NCBI GenBank assembly: GCA_964247055.1
Contig: OZ176052.1
Coordinates: 6,262,001-6,326,000, forward strand
Direction: 5' to 3'
DNA: 64,000 nucleotides
Source: Paragordius varius
Taxonomy: Eukaryota; Animalia; Nematomorpha
This document shows positions 24,946 through 38,367 of this stretch, in pieces. A program made the translations under genes and the position numbers. The notes beneath the pieces were generated by a model. The model made no database searches and had not been told where the DNA came from. It saw only the letters and a list, made by a program, of their open reading frames with translations. Positions within the stretch are counted from its first letter, which is position 1; the number at the start of each line of letters is the position of its first letter.

Positions 24946-27900
24946 ATGAATATGAGTCAAATAAATGAATCCAATTTATTTCGTAAAATTGATGATATGA
25001 TCACAGAAAGCAAATTAGCTGAATTATCACAAGCTAATGAGGATGCTGAGTTTGATAATATATTGGATCAATTACTTAAGTCAAAATTGGATACGTTAAT
25101 TTCTCGAAAGGAACAAAATCCTACTTTATCCCATGATAATCCCAGAGATGAGAATTCCGATTATTACGTTTTGTCATGCCCACAACATGGGAAAACTAAG
25201 TTTCAAACGACATATACTCAAACAGAATTCCAAACTTTTGCCGAAAGTTCAATAGATAATACAGGTAAATCGCCTCCAAACATTAAAAAAATCTCCAATC
25301 TACAGAAGTTAACATCTAAATCTCCTGTAATGACCGGATTTAATTTGGGTTGTAAGGTTCATTTTGTTGAGGATACCATGGTTGAGAATGATTTCGATTT
25401 ACAACATCCTGTAATGCAAGGAGTAAATTTAGGGTGCAACATCCAGATTGATCAAAAAAGCAAAAGTAATATAGCTGAAAAAACGAGTCAAGGTACAGAT
25501 AAAATACCAATTAAGGTTTCCTCAAGTCCATCTTATTTTAAAAAGTTAAGTGATAAAAAACCGAAAAAACGTCGAAAAAAAGTTATAGTAAATGCGCCAG
25601 GTAAATCTGTAAAGAACATTGGTTTATCAATTGATTCCAAAAAGGAAAACCCAAATTCTTCGACGGGTTCTAAATCATCAATTTTAAAAAATGTTAAATC
25701 ACCATCATCAATATCACCGTTATTAAATGAAGGCTCCAAGTTAATATCACCAGAGGTTAAGCAAGAAATAAGTTCAGACTTTAAATTAGATTGGGATAAT
25801 TTGACTCTCACAGATGAAGTACTTGGTAAGGGGCAATTTGGGGTGGTTAAAAAGGGTCGAGTAAAGCTTAAAAATGGAAAGGAATATGTTGCCGCTATTA
25901 AAACGATGCAATTGAAGTCAGGTAATAAAGGTAATCAAGATGCATTGAAAGACATGAAGAAGGAGTTAGGAGTTATGAGTTCACTTGGCCAGCATCCCAA
26001 TGTTGTGCAACTCTATGGTGCTTGTGAACATGAAGGCGATCTGTTTGTAGCCATGGAATATTTGCCGAAAGGCGATCTAAAGAAATTGTTAAAAAATTCG
26101 TCGGCCAACAAAGAGCCCATACCAGTTCTACAAAAGCTTAAATTTTGCCTTGACATAGCAAAAGGAATGGAACATCTTAGTGCTAAAAATTGGATTCATC
26201 GTGATTTAGCTGCTCGAAATATATTATTGACTGAAGATCTAACCGCTAAAATATCTGATTTTGGTTTAACTCGTGAAGGAAATAAATATATGATGAGGAC
26301 TCGAAATAAACCTTTGCCGGTACGTTGGATGTCGATTGAAGCTATCGATAAAGGCACTTACACAGAAAAATCTGATGTGTGGGCATTTGGCGTTACAATG
26401 TGGGAAATCTTCAGTAACTGTGAAATACCATTCAAGGGCAAAATTGATCGAAGTCAAATACTAGAATATTTGAAGGCAGGTAAACATTTGCATCAGCCAA
26501 TAACATGTCCCAATCAAGCCTATGAAATAATGAATCAATGTTTCAGAAATGACCCGGACCAAAGACCGACATTCGGAACTATCAAAACTAAACTCTATGA
26601 AATTATTCAAAGTATGAATGCGGTCGAAGATGCAAAAATTTACGAAAAGAAAGCCGAAAGTTATTGGGAAATTGATTATTTCACTGTAAAGTTTCCAGAC
26701 ATCCTACCAAAACATGATTTCCAGGGCAAAGATTTGGCAGTGACATTGTCTAAAAATAACAAAAGCATTCTGGCTTTGTGCAATTTTTTCTCTTTAACTG
26801 ATGAGAGAAATGAAATTAGATTGGAAATTGAAAATTTGAAAAACGAAATTAACATACTCAAATCTATTCCTAAATCGAAAAATATTTTAAGCTTGATCGG
26901 ATCAACCGTGTCCGATCGAAAAAATCTTTACGCCTTTTGGGAATATTGTATTGCTGGCCGTCTCAAAAATTTTCTCATGCAACATGATAATAAAATTACA
27001 ATTTTAACCGATTCCCTAAAGGTTCGAATATTGTTTGGTATTTCCACTGGTATGAATTTTCTTGCAACTCATAAGATTATCCATCGAGATTTAACAGCTA
27101 GGAATATTTTTTTAACCCAAAATTTGGTACCCAAAATTTGTTGTTTACGCAATGCTCGGAAGGGTGAAACATATATTCCCATGCATTTACCAAAACAAAA
27201 CCCAGCCCGATGGATGCCAATCGAAAGTCTCAGGGACAGAATTTTTACCGAAAAATCTGACGTTTGGGCTTTTGGGGTTTTGTGTTGGGAGGTTTGGACC
27301 AATTGTCTAACTTTACCTTATTTTGGTATGGAGCCATTAGAGGTTGTAACATTCATCGAACAGGGCAATAGACTTTCTAGACCTGAAACTTGTACAACTC
27401 ATTTCTGGGACACAGTTGTTGCACCATGTTGGAACATAAATCGAAGTGAAAGGTTTAATTGAATAAATACTTTCTGCAAAATAAAATTGACGTTAGAAAA
27501 ACTTTTGACCTCCATATCTAAATTCTTTTTTAGCAAGAAAAAACAAAAAATTAAATTACATCCTTTACGTGTATTTTTCGATTAACAAATAAATGGTCCA
27601 TACAACCAATAATATGGCTGTTTACCGTTTTAATAATCTAATTATGTGAAATAAAATAATGGCTTTGTACCCTTAGTGATGTATCAAGCCTAGTGATTCA
27701 TTAGTCATCAATTATATGATAAAAAAAGACGAAATATCATGAATGAACGAAGCATGCTAATAAAAAATTTGTTTTTGCTAACAAATTATTTCTAAAAAAT
27801 AAATTTTTTTATTTTTTGTTTTGAACAATTGCATATATAAAGTTTTAATGGAATGCAAAAAATTATTTACGATTAATTGGTCAATAATGAAACAACTAGG

Positions 27901-30900
27901 GTAAAACAAAGTTAGGGCAAATCGGAATATGGTAGGGGTTTTGTATGATAAATTTAGGAAAAAAATGTATATCCCTGAAAACTTAATGTGAGTATCGTGA
28001 GAGACCGTTTACTATAATTTTAGTATCATATAATCAGTCTATTAATAAATTATTTATTGATTATTGCCATGAAATGTAAGATATTTTATAAAATTAAAAG
28101 ATGTTACATTTTATGTATAAAAGTTATAAATCATAAAAAAATTCAAAATTACAAAAAAACAAATTTAATAATACAATAATAAGGTAATTTTTCAATAAAT
28201 ATTTGTTAAATTATATTTATTTGAGTTGCCGAATATCGGGCAAAGGAATCCAAGCTAATTATAAATTGTTGTAAAATAGACCGGCTTTTCACGCAATATC
28301 TTCCAAGATAAAACTTATAATGTTAAAATTCGATCCCGCCATGACGGCTTATGAGAACCATAAAAAGCTTGTAGAAGCTAAAAACGGACCAACCTTAACT
28401 AAGGAGCAATCACGAATACTTAAATCGTTGGTTGGATCTCAAATTTACGATGATTTTTTTAGCTGGGAACGCCAAAATGAAAACTATTGGAATATCGATA
28501 TTAGTTTGATTAATGTCGTTAAAGATACTGCTGATTTAATTCAAGAGCTAAATTACAAAATATCCCTTGCACAAATGAGGGCAAAGGATGGACAAAACGT
28601 CAAAATTTTGCTCAAAACTATCTATGAACAAGGTTTAAAAGATAAGGTAAATAATAATCTTGATATAAAATGGTAATTTTATAAATACTACAAGGATCTT
28701 AGATTAAATTTTTTACACTTTTTAAAAATTTATATCCCTATTTATTTGAATGATAAAGGCATTTATGCAAATTATCAATGAAGAATTGGAACTATTAAAA
28801 TCCATACCAAAACATCCTAATCTTTTGAATTTTATCGGTTTTAACAATTTAATACCGACCACATTGTATTTAATATATGATTCCAAAGAAAGGCAAGATT
28901 TAAAAGGATTTTTGCAGAATCCAAGCAATCTTATCAGTGAAATAACAAAGGTAAACACATATGTGATTGATTTTTATTAATTATCTATTTTTACAAGGCT
29001 TGAGTTAAATATTTCTTTTTATAGTGCTCCCTTGTACTAGGAATTTGTAGAGGCATGACACATTTAGCACAATATGGGATAATACATAGAGATTTGGGCG
29101 TAAGAAGCATTGTTTTGACCGATCAAAATACTCCTAAAATTACTAATTTTGAAAGGACAAAAAGGCATGGGGTGTTTTTAGATACAGATTTGATAAAAGG
29201 TAAAGTTACGAATTTTAATATGTATAAACATTGGCTGTGTTATATGGGCAAACATATAGATTTGATGTATAGTGAGGAAAAATAAAATTGTTCATTTTTC
29301 TGCAATTAAAATTTATAGTTCCACCTCTGGTTTTTCAAAAAATATTTTTAATTTTCTAAATTATAAGATTGCGTATTTACCGTTCGCATTTAGCTATTAT
29401 TAAGAAAATGTACCATAAATTAAAAAAATAGTTTTTCCCAGTCTCATTGTCTTATAATTATATAAAAAAACTTATATAATTTTATTATAAGGTGACACGG
29501 TAGACACCAAGCCCTTGTTGCTACCTGTTCGTTGGTTATCTCCTGAAGCATTTCTCCACAAAATTTACAGCGAAAAATCGGATGTATGGGCGTTTGGGAT
29601 AACTATGTGGGAAATTTATGAGAATGCAAAGAGACCGTACGATGAACTGTTAACGCCCAATGACGTGATTGAAAAAGTGATGATCGGATCACATAGATTA
29701 GATAAACCCAAGGACTGCTCTTTGCCAGAAACTTACAAAATAATGCAGAAAACATGGCAAAAAGATTCAATCGATCGCCCAAAATTCTTTGTATTATTGG
29801 ATGAATTAGAGACGTTAGTGGAAACATTAAAGTTCCCTATAAAAAAATTAATGCAAAATCTTCAAAATTTATACGGTAACAACGTGAAAGAATTGCAATT
29901 CGATCGATCTAAAGATTTGCGGGAAATGAAACAAGGGAAAACGATTAACCCATATTTAGAAATTGCTGAAGGCATATGGAAAGACGAGACTGTTAATATA
30001 AAAACGAGAAAAATCTTAAAATTGCAACATGCAACTTTAGTTTACAATGATATTTATGTGCTAAACTCATTAAAAAGCTTAACGTCTTCCTATGTTGTTA
30101 ATTTTCGGGCTTTTGATATATTGGGTGATAAAATTTTAATGATAATGGATTATTGTATGTATGGAGATCTACAAAGTTGCCTAAGAAAAGCTCAATCCCA
30201 AAATATTATCATAAAGTTTTCCGTGTTGATTATGTGGTGTCACGAAGTAGCAAAAGCTCTGTCTTTTCTACATGGAAACGGATATTGTCACAACCGAATT
30301 AAAAGCCTTAACATCCTTCTCGCTTCCGATTTTCATATAAAATTGACCAACTTTGAATATAGCTTTAAATCTTCTCTTACCTCAAATGATATGGCTGAAC
30401 ATATTGCTATGCTATCCTTACAATCAGAAGATTTTATACCTTGGATGGCAATCGAATTGTTACAATATAAGGTTCATCCTGTTTCCGATAAAAACGTTAG
30501 TAAAATTTTGACCCCAGCATCCGATGTTTGGAGCTTTGGAGTTTTTGTTTGGGAAGTTTTTGCATATGGTCGATATCCTTCTTTGGAATCTTTAAAGGTT
30601 TTAACCTATCAAGACATAGTACAGCGAATACAAGCAGGAGAACGTTTAATTAAACCATCGGACAAAATACCCGATTCCCTGTACACCTTTATAAGACAAT
30701 GTTGGGAAATGGATGATAATAAAAGACCTAATATAGCTCAAATTGTGGAATATTTATCAAAATTTTTAGAACCAAACGATGAGTCAAATATTGATGTTCT
30801 CAAAAAAATTATGCAAAATTCCTCTGAGTTACCTTTAAGTACAAAGACACAAAAAATTGCACAAGATATGTTTTGGATACTAGACCCAAAAACTGTGAAA

Positions 30901-33680
30901 ACATCAGCCAAAGAATTAGGACACGGAAATTTCGGAGTAGTTTTTAAAGGTAAAATTATTTCATTTGATATGTATCGGATTTTAATATCGTTTACTTGTA
31001 TTAATTATTTAACACATAAAAACATAACTTAAAAACTGTTCTTTTGAAATATTGTTATTAACCTATATCTATAATGTTTTTATTGGCTTTATAACTGATC
31101 TAGTATTGTATTTAAATTTTTGGCAAAATTAGCTAATACCAATATATTTTATCATCCCTAAATAAAAATCGGCCTTTTTATAGTTATTAACCCTTTCGGC
31201 AAAATCTATATTTATTCTAAAATAATATGCTATTGGGGGAAATCTTAAATGCATCTTTGAAGCAATTTTCCGGAAAAGTGTATGCCCATTTATTAGGTAA
31301 TTAAATTTTATTGAATGCGCCAAAATCAAGCATCTTTTATAAATACCTCGTTAAGCCTCAACCCCGCCAAAATAGCATTAAAATGATATTTTTCGCTATC
31401 CTACATCGAAAATAATACTGAGCCAAAAAGTTGTCAGGAATGCTTAAAATAGTGGCAATCCTACAATCCGTAAGCGTTTATCACAAAAATCCAAACCCCC
31501 ATATTTGACTTTGGACCAATTTTTTGGAAAACGTGGAACAAATAATTTAATGTAAAATCTACTTTCATTTATAAAGCGGCGATCATGGTTAACTTTCACT
31601 AATTAGCCATTGTGTTCAGCCCTATATTTTGTCATGCGATATAAATAATAATATGAATTGCTTGAATCAGATATTGAATAAAAAGTTAACGGTTTTACTG
31701 GCAATCATAGCTACAATATTATTGGTCCAATTAAAAAACCATGTAGATGGTTGTTAAGTACAAATGTTTGGGCAATCACTCTTAATTCATTTTTGGTCAT
31801 CAATTTATTGCAATAAATTTTTATCAATCTGATTCATAATGATCGTTTCATTTAAGTCTCTGCAAAGACAGGGTACAGCTAATGAGGTGAATATTATAAA
31901 TATCCTCTAGTATATACTGGTAAATATTTATTAATTTCATCGATTTTTTCGTTTCATTATATTGTTAGGGTCCCTAACTCATTTTAAATACTGTAAAAAA
32001 ATATTTTAACAATGTATGGAGGGCCTGAAAATCTATATCAGAATCGAAATATTAAACATATTAACACGATACAACACATTCATTTCAGTCCATCGATTCA
32101 AATTGGGGTAGTTGGTTATCCCAGGCCTGTTTAAAATTAAATACCTCAAAAAATATGAAATGAATTGAAACCATGGCAAAAGTTTGCACTTATATAACAT
32201 TAATGAACCGACATATAAAAATTCATTCAGAAATACTTGATATTACCTACTGGTAAAACCCAAAGGTAATAATTTAGTCAACCTGACATGTTATAAAAAT
32301 AATACAAAATTAACCTCATTTTCTGTTCCATCAATGTTAGATATCATTTAAAAAAATAGCTTTAATATTAGCTTTCATGGTGTTTAAAAGAAAAATAGCG
32401 TAATAGTTTGATATGGAACTGCTGTTCAAAACTATTTTTAAATATTTCGGCTTATTTATATAATTTTCATTAGAATAGAAGCATAAATCTAAATTGAGGC
32501 CGTTTCTTTCAGTAGTTTTTTAAAAATATTAACCAAAATATAGACTGAGGTATTTCGATACCCCAATTTGAATTAAAGTGTTAAATACATTAAATCTTTT
32601 CTAAATTATCTATCATTTAAGGGGATTTACTCAGGGACGGCAAAAAGGCTAAAGTTGCAATTAAATTTATTCTCGCTAAAGAGGAAAAAGTTGGAACGAA
32701 AATTGAACAAGCATTAAACGATTTCCTTAATGAAATCGTTATCCTCAAGTTAATTCATGAGAATGGGGTAGGCCACGCCCACATTATAAAATTCTTTGGT
32801 ATTATTTTGGATGATACGAAGAATGTTGAGGGACAGACGCTACAGATGGATGGCAAAAATATGAAAATTGTCCTTGAATATGCTGCCAAGGGTTGTCTTA
32901 AAACATTTTTAGAGTACCATAACCGTTTAAATAAATCAATATCCGAATCTAACATGCTATCATGGATCCATCAAATATGTGAGGGTATGAAATATTTGGT
33001 TGACCACAAAATTATACATAGAGATTTGGCATGTCGAAACATTTTGCTCGATAAAACGTATCGCTGCAAAATTAGTGATTTTGGATTAGCGCGGTGTGGC
33101 GAAACATACTTTAAACAATCTGAAGGCATGCAATTACCAGCCAGATGGATGGCCCCTGAAACCTTTACTCAGAAAGTTCAAAAAATTATTTTAAAAATAT
33201 TTAATTAAATAGTTAGTATTTTAATCCTAATAAAGGCATTACTTTTCAAATTTGATCTCACTCTCATATATAATAGTAATTTTAAATGGGTTGATTTTTT
33301 TCGTTTATATTACCTTTTAACTAAATAATAGAATTAAAATCTATGCAATCCCTTGATAACAAAAATACTAGGTTTTTAATGAAAAAACGGATGTTTGGTC
33401 TTTTGGTGTACTATGTTGGGAAATCTTTAGTTACGGAGAAGTACCTTACTCAGGCCTAACAGCTAAACAAATATTAACTGCAATCGAAAAGGGAAACAAA
33501 TTACTCAAACCATATTATTGCAGTCAAGTAATTTATGAAGGCATACTGTTGAAATGTTGGACCACGAATCCAGACGCTAGAACCTCATTCAAAGATTTAC
33601 AATCGGTTATTAACAACCTTTTAGACTCGCTACCGCCACCAAAATCACTGATGAATTGGATGGAAAAATTATTTTCTTAA
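24946..33680 (+). CDS. Multi-domain tyrosine kinase-like protein with five tandem kinase domains (~1,853 aa); exons 24946-27452, 28280-28646, 28759-28950, 29025-29199, 29492-30949, 32622-33175, 33372-33680
   Basis: Six GT-AG introns join the kinase ORFs in frame and restore split motifs (ER|PAF, GVVFKG|DLL...VAIK, TQK|VFNEKTDVWSFG). Domains 1 and 5 have GxGxFG, AIK, HRDLAxRN and DFG; domains 2-4 are degenerate. Confidence 0.88.
32065..32580 (-). mobile_element. piggyBac-like MITE family A in kinase intron 5
   Basis: Reverse copy of 5048-5603 flanked by TTAA at 32061-64 and 32581-84. Confidence 0.75.
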
Positions 33681-36126
33681 TATATATTTTAGGTGCCAAG
33701 TACATTTATTATAAAATGATGAATATTTGTTTCCATTTAAATAAAACAAATAATTTAAATTATGTAAAAAGCGTATATGTCGAATAGGTCATAAACTTTA
33801 TTTAAATTAATACATTTTTTAAATTTATTTGGAAAAGTATATTGTAATCATTAGTACGGAATTACCGACTAATGATAGTTAAGAAAAACCCTTTTTGTAA
33901 AAATTCATATTTTTGGGGAATGTATCCTGAAAATTGTAAATCCCGATGTTTTATAATAATTTAATATACAAACCTTAAGAATAATAAAATGGCCCGACGA
34001 TACATCGTTACCAATGCAAAAAAAACAACAAAAAATTATCTTTTATAAATGAATGTGTTTCAAAAAACATCATTTTTAATTAACTCCCTCAAAAAAACAA
34101 ATAAAAATACAAATTTATGATTAATCTTTACATTAATAAAAATGTAAAATATTGGCTTTAAGAAAATTTCTGGAAAACGTGGAAAATATAAATATAAAAT
34201 TAGGAAATTTTTTATTCCTTTGTAAAAGCGTCCAACAGGTTGAGGTCTTTTTTGATTTAGCCACTCAGTTAGGCCCCACCCTGTGTAAATAATAGGTTTA
34301 TAAAAATTGTCCTTTTCGGAAAACAAAAATGAAATATATTATTCTGATAGATATATGAAAATTAACATGGTGCTTTTGGTTTTTCTTACGAGTGATGCAA
34401 GAAAATATAAATACTTTGGTAATAATTCCTCCATATCCGAAAATCGCTCATAATTCTAAAAAACATTACTAATTATCAAAACAATATTTTTATAATAATA
34501 TTTAAATTACAGATGTGGACTTTGAAAGTCTCAATATTTTGGACCCAAAAAAGGGGCAATTTTTTATAAGATAAAAAATGCTATGGTGGGATAGAAAAAT
34601 TATTTATATATATGATTATGCATTTTTTTAAAAAAAAAATTTTTTAAAAAATTTTCGAAACCGTATGTCATAGCATGATGTATGGATGGTAAAAACGGTA
34701 CAAAACATGAAACACTTTTAACGATGATGCAGAATTTAATCAAATCAGATTTTTGATTAAAAAATGTGATACCATAAAACTTGCTTCACATAATTTCCAT
34801 ATCATATTAAATATAAAAGACAATACCATTTTTTTAGAATAACTTTTTTTGTTGTTGAAATTTAGCACATAGTCATTTATCACGCAGTCAGCATCTCGTT
34901 TAGTTTCCAAAAAGTACATTTTAGACGGATCCAAAAATTTGTTGGAAAGACCCTGCATCAAATTTAAAATTTGATTTATAAAAATTATAATAAAAAAGAG
35001 TAATATTTTTTGGAATAATCTATTTAGTGTCAAAATTTTATTGTAACCTAAAAAGTGGTATTATTTTAAAATCCACACTCATAAGGCCTAAAACCAAAAG
35101 ACCCATGAGAATCCTAATACTTTTTCATAAGAATATATATTTTTTATCAGGGTATTTTTTTGAGCGCTGTGTTATTGTTAACAATCCGTAGCTCAAACTT
35201 CGCTGCCATTTTACTGCTTTGGATTTTTTCGCTAATACAGGCAGAATGTATCTTAAGGTGAAAAATTCAAATAACTTCAGTATAAATAGCTTTCAACTAC
35301 GTTTTATCAGAAAGTTTTTGATATTTTGATTTTATAATATGCTGCTTAATCGGGCTTATATTCTGATTCTGAATGTTAAAATAATACTGAAGCTTTTTAA
35401 TGTATAGAATAACATTTGATCGATTTTTCACAAAAACCAATTTAACAGTAGTTTATATACATAAGGGGTGGGACATGAATTGACACAAATTCAATCGCCT
35501 ACAATAAAAGGGAAAGGAAGCGTTATATTTTTTATATTAAATTTGTTAAAATATATTTTAATATGTGGGATCCGTTTTAGTTGCCCCCCTCTAAAATGTG
35601 CTAGTCTTTTTAAATAATGTTTTTTAAAACTCAATGGACTAAAAATTGAAAAAAGATTCATCACTCTAAAGTGATAGAATAGTCTAGCCTCAAAGAATTA
35701 GTGTTTCTACAATCTCTTAAAATATTTTTATACCGTCAACATGCCTCAAAAAAAAAATAAGGTTCTTGAAAATGTTTTTAAAAATTTGAATTTCGGAAAA
35801 AAATATGATTCTTAAAATATGTCGTTGGATGTCATTATATAGCATATAAAATAATATTACTATCGCCTTTCGGCATTGCGTTTTATTATAATTCTACCAT
35901 TTAAGCAGGCCAAAAATTTGGCACGCATCTGAAAACTTTATAAAAACATTACTATGATTTTCAAGTAAAGTTTATAAACCATTTATATTTTTGGAAGCAT
36001 TTGTGTAACCAAAAAATAATATTTGGCATAATCGAATTTTCCATTAAAGCAATTACCACAATACTCAGTTACGCTCGTAAACTGTAAAATCAAAGGATTC
36101 ATATCATTTTTTGTATTTTCAAATGT

Positions 36127-38367
36127 ATGGTTAGCATTCGCGCATTCGATGTGATGAAAGACCTTTTGTTCGCCTCGGTGCGACCATTGTCAAAGCTTAA
36201 TACCAATTTGCATAATAAAATGTCAAAAATTAAATACAATCCTACATCTGTAATTCCAGAAACTATGCCAGAAATTCCTAATAATATTATTTATAATTTA
36301 TGTGCTAGATTTTTGCTCAATATACCAAAACAAAAATTATCCGATCCATATCATGTTTTATTTTTATGTGAAGAAGCTTATTGGTTTTATATTGATTATT
36401 GCATTAATGATTATGACAATTCTCAAATTATTGAGATCGAACATCCTTGTGAAAGCGAATTATACAGATATAAAGAGCAATCCATAAATAATTCATCTTC
36501 CAACTTGCCGATGGTGTCATTCCATGAAATTACATTTTTATTATTAGAAAGATGTGGTTATTTGAAAACAATACTAAATACAGCTGCTAATTTAGAGATA
36601 TCATTTGATAACAATTTAAATCGTGCTCAATCTCCGTATAATCTTTTGGGGAAATTAATTATGCATTGGAAAAAATACAAAAAACTTTTACCGGTTTGTG
36701 GTGCCATAATTCTTGACGAAACCAGGCAATATGTCCTTCTAGTCAAAACTTATGAAGAAAAAGAAGAAAATGGCGCATGGATGTTTCCCCGTGGAAAAAT
36801 TATCCGAGAAAATGAAAAGGATTGGCAATGTGCCATCCGAGAAGTTTTTGAAGAAACAGGGCTTGATATTAGTCCTTACATAAATAAAAATTCATTTCTT
36901 GTTTTAAATGAACCAGATAGCAAGGACAAAAACTATGCAAGTCACACATCATCAATTTATCCAACACCAACTAAAACCATAAAATTATTCATTGTGTCCG
37001 GTGTCCCTAAATCTGTTCATTTTAAACCACAAACTCGTTGTGAAATAAGTGGAATTCAATGGTTTGATATACGCGAATTATATGCCCATTATCAAACCCG
37101 AAAGCTGATTAAATCAATGTTTCCCGATCACGATGTTGGGACGTACAAGGGTAACAAATTTTTTCAAGTAGATTACTTTATACGACAATTATTTCGAATA
37201 ATGTCATCACAACACCATTCCACGTTAGAAGGCGTCAAATTTGATGACAATCATCATCCACTAAACGGTCATAAGGTATCACCGTTAATTAATAGTTTGA
37301 ATTTGCAAAACAATTTATATAATGAATTTGACCCAAAATTTGTACAAAATCCCCATAACCAACAGCTCATTATGAATCCAAACCTTGCAGCAAATAGCAA
37401 CATTAAAAAGACGCCTCGACGTATAGATGATAAACGACCATCCATAATTCCAGCATTAGCCTTAGAGAGCGGGCCTACACACCATATTCATACCACATCT
37501 AAACATCACATTGTCCATGATGATAAAGTCACAAAGAGAAAACCTTTAAATATTTTACCTAATCTTAAATCTATGCCCCTTTCCCCTATATCTATAACCA
37601 ATGAATTGCTAGCCAATTTTGAACCAACCCATAATAATGACTTAACTCCCCTTCCTAAACAAATTACCATAAATGGAATAACCAAGCCTCTTACCTCAAC
37701 GCCACTTGTTCAAAATCGTAAATCTCGGGATAAGATTAGTGTGCACAAAAAACGGACTCATTTAGCAAGTGAAGGATGTGGACTGCTCAACTTCGAAAAT
37801 ACTAATGTACTCCAAAATCTGGCACATTCCAACAGTTTTTCTGCTACCAATACATCATCACAAAAACCCATAAGTTTATTAAAATTGTTTAGTGATAAAA
37901 ACGTTGACTTGAATGAGAGTAATCGCGAGGATAAAGTGATATGTGTGGAAAATATATTTAAAAAGTTAAATCAGGTACCAGATCTCAGTTTAAATACCAT
38001 CAAAACAACTAACAATAATAGCAAAAATGATGACAATGCTTCACAAATTAATAGCAATAGTAAAGGCCAAATATCGCTTAAAAATCGACTTATACCATCT
38101 ACCCCTGTGAATCAAGCCAATGGTCTAAAAAGTTCATTATCTTTACGACCTAATCATGCAAGTCTTCCAAGATCCATTGCTAAACAATTATTATTTAATC
38201 CTACCAACACATCGTTTGCGACACAACCAAAAAATGACACGAAACACATCACCAAATTAATCACGTGTAAGAATGATGATGTAGCAAATAATAAGCCCAT
38301 TTTTGAAGGACAATGGTTCAAAGTTTTAGATCTCAAACCTTGTTTAGAAGATATTTTAAATGCTTAA
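36127..38367 (+). CDS. DCP2: mRNA-decapping enzyme Dcp2 (Box A + Nudix) with long low-complexity C-terminus; intronless; start may be 36127, 36154 or 36220
   Basis: Box A (LCARFLLNIP...EEAYWFYIDY), LPVCGAIILD, Nudix box FPRGK...CAIREVFEETG and PQTRCEISGIQWF. Confidence 0.93.
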   Translation: MVSIRAFDVMKDLLFASVRPLSKLNTNLHNKMSKIKYNPTSVIPETMPEIPNNIIYNLCARFLLNIPKQKLSDPYHVLFLCEEAYWFYIDYCINDYDNSQIIEIEHPCESELYRYKEQSINNSSSNLPMVSFHEITFLLLERCGYLKTILNTAANLEISFDNNLNRAQSPYNLLGKLIMHWKKYKKLLPVCGAIILDETRQYVLLVKTYEEKEENGAWMFPRGKIIRENEKDWQCAIREVFEETGLDISPYINKNSFLVLNEPDSKDKNYASHTSSIYPTPTKTIKLFIVSGVPKSVHFKPQTRCEISGIQWFDIRELYAHYQTRKLIKSMFPDHDVGTYKGNKFFQVDYFIRQLFRIMSSQHHSTLEGVKFDDNHHPLNGHKVSPLINSLNLQNNLYNEFDPKFVQNPHNQQLIMNPNLAANSNIKKTPRRIDDKRPSIIPALALESGPTHHIHTTSKHHIVHDDKVTKRKPLNILPNLKSMPLSPISITNELLANFEPTHNNDLTPLPKQITINGITKPLTSTPLVQNRKSRDKISVHKKRTHLASEGCGLLNFENTNVLQNLAHSNSFSATNTSSQKPISLLKLFSDKNVDLNESNREDKVICVENIFKKLNQVPDLSLNTIKTTNNNSKNDDNASQINSNSKGQISLKNRLIPSTPVNQANGLKSSLSLRPNHASLPRSIAKQLLFNPTNTSFATQPKNDTKHITKLITCKNDDVANNKPIFEGQWFKVLDLKPCLEDILNA

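Noticed and set aside
25533-29827. Antisense ORFs within the kinase gene (25533..25811, 26266..26457, 26676..26861, 27069..27302, 28722..28958, 29603..29827)
   Set aside because: Shadows of the coding strand with no motifs.
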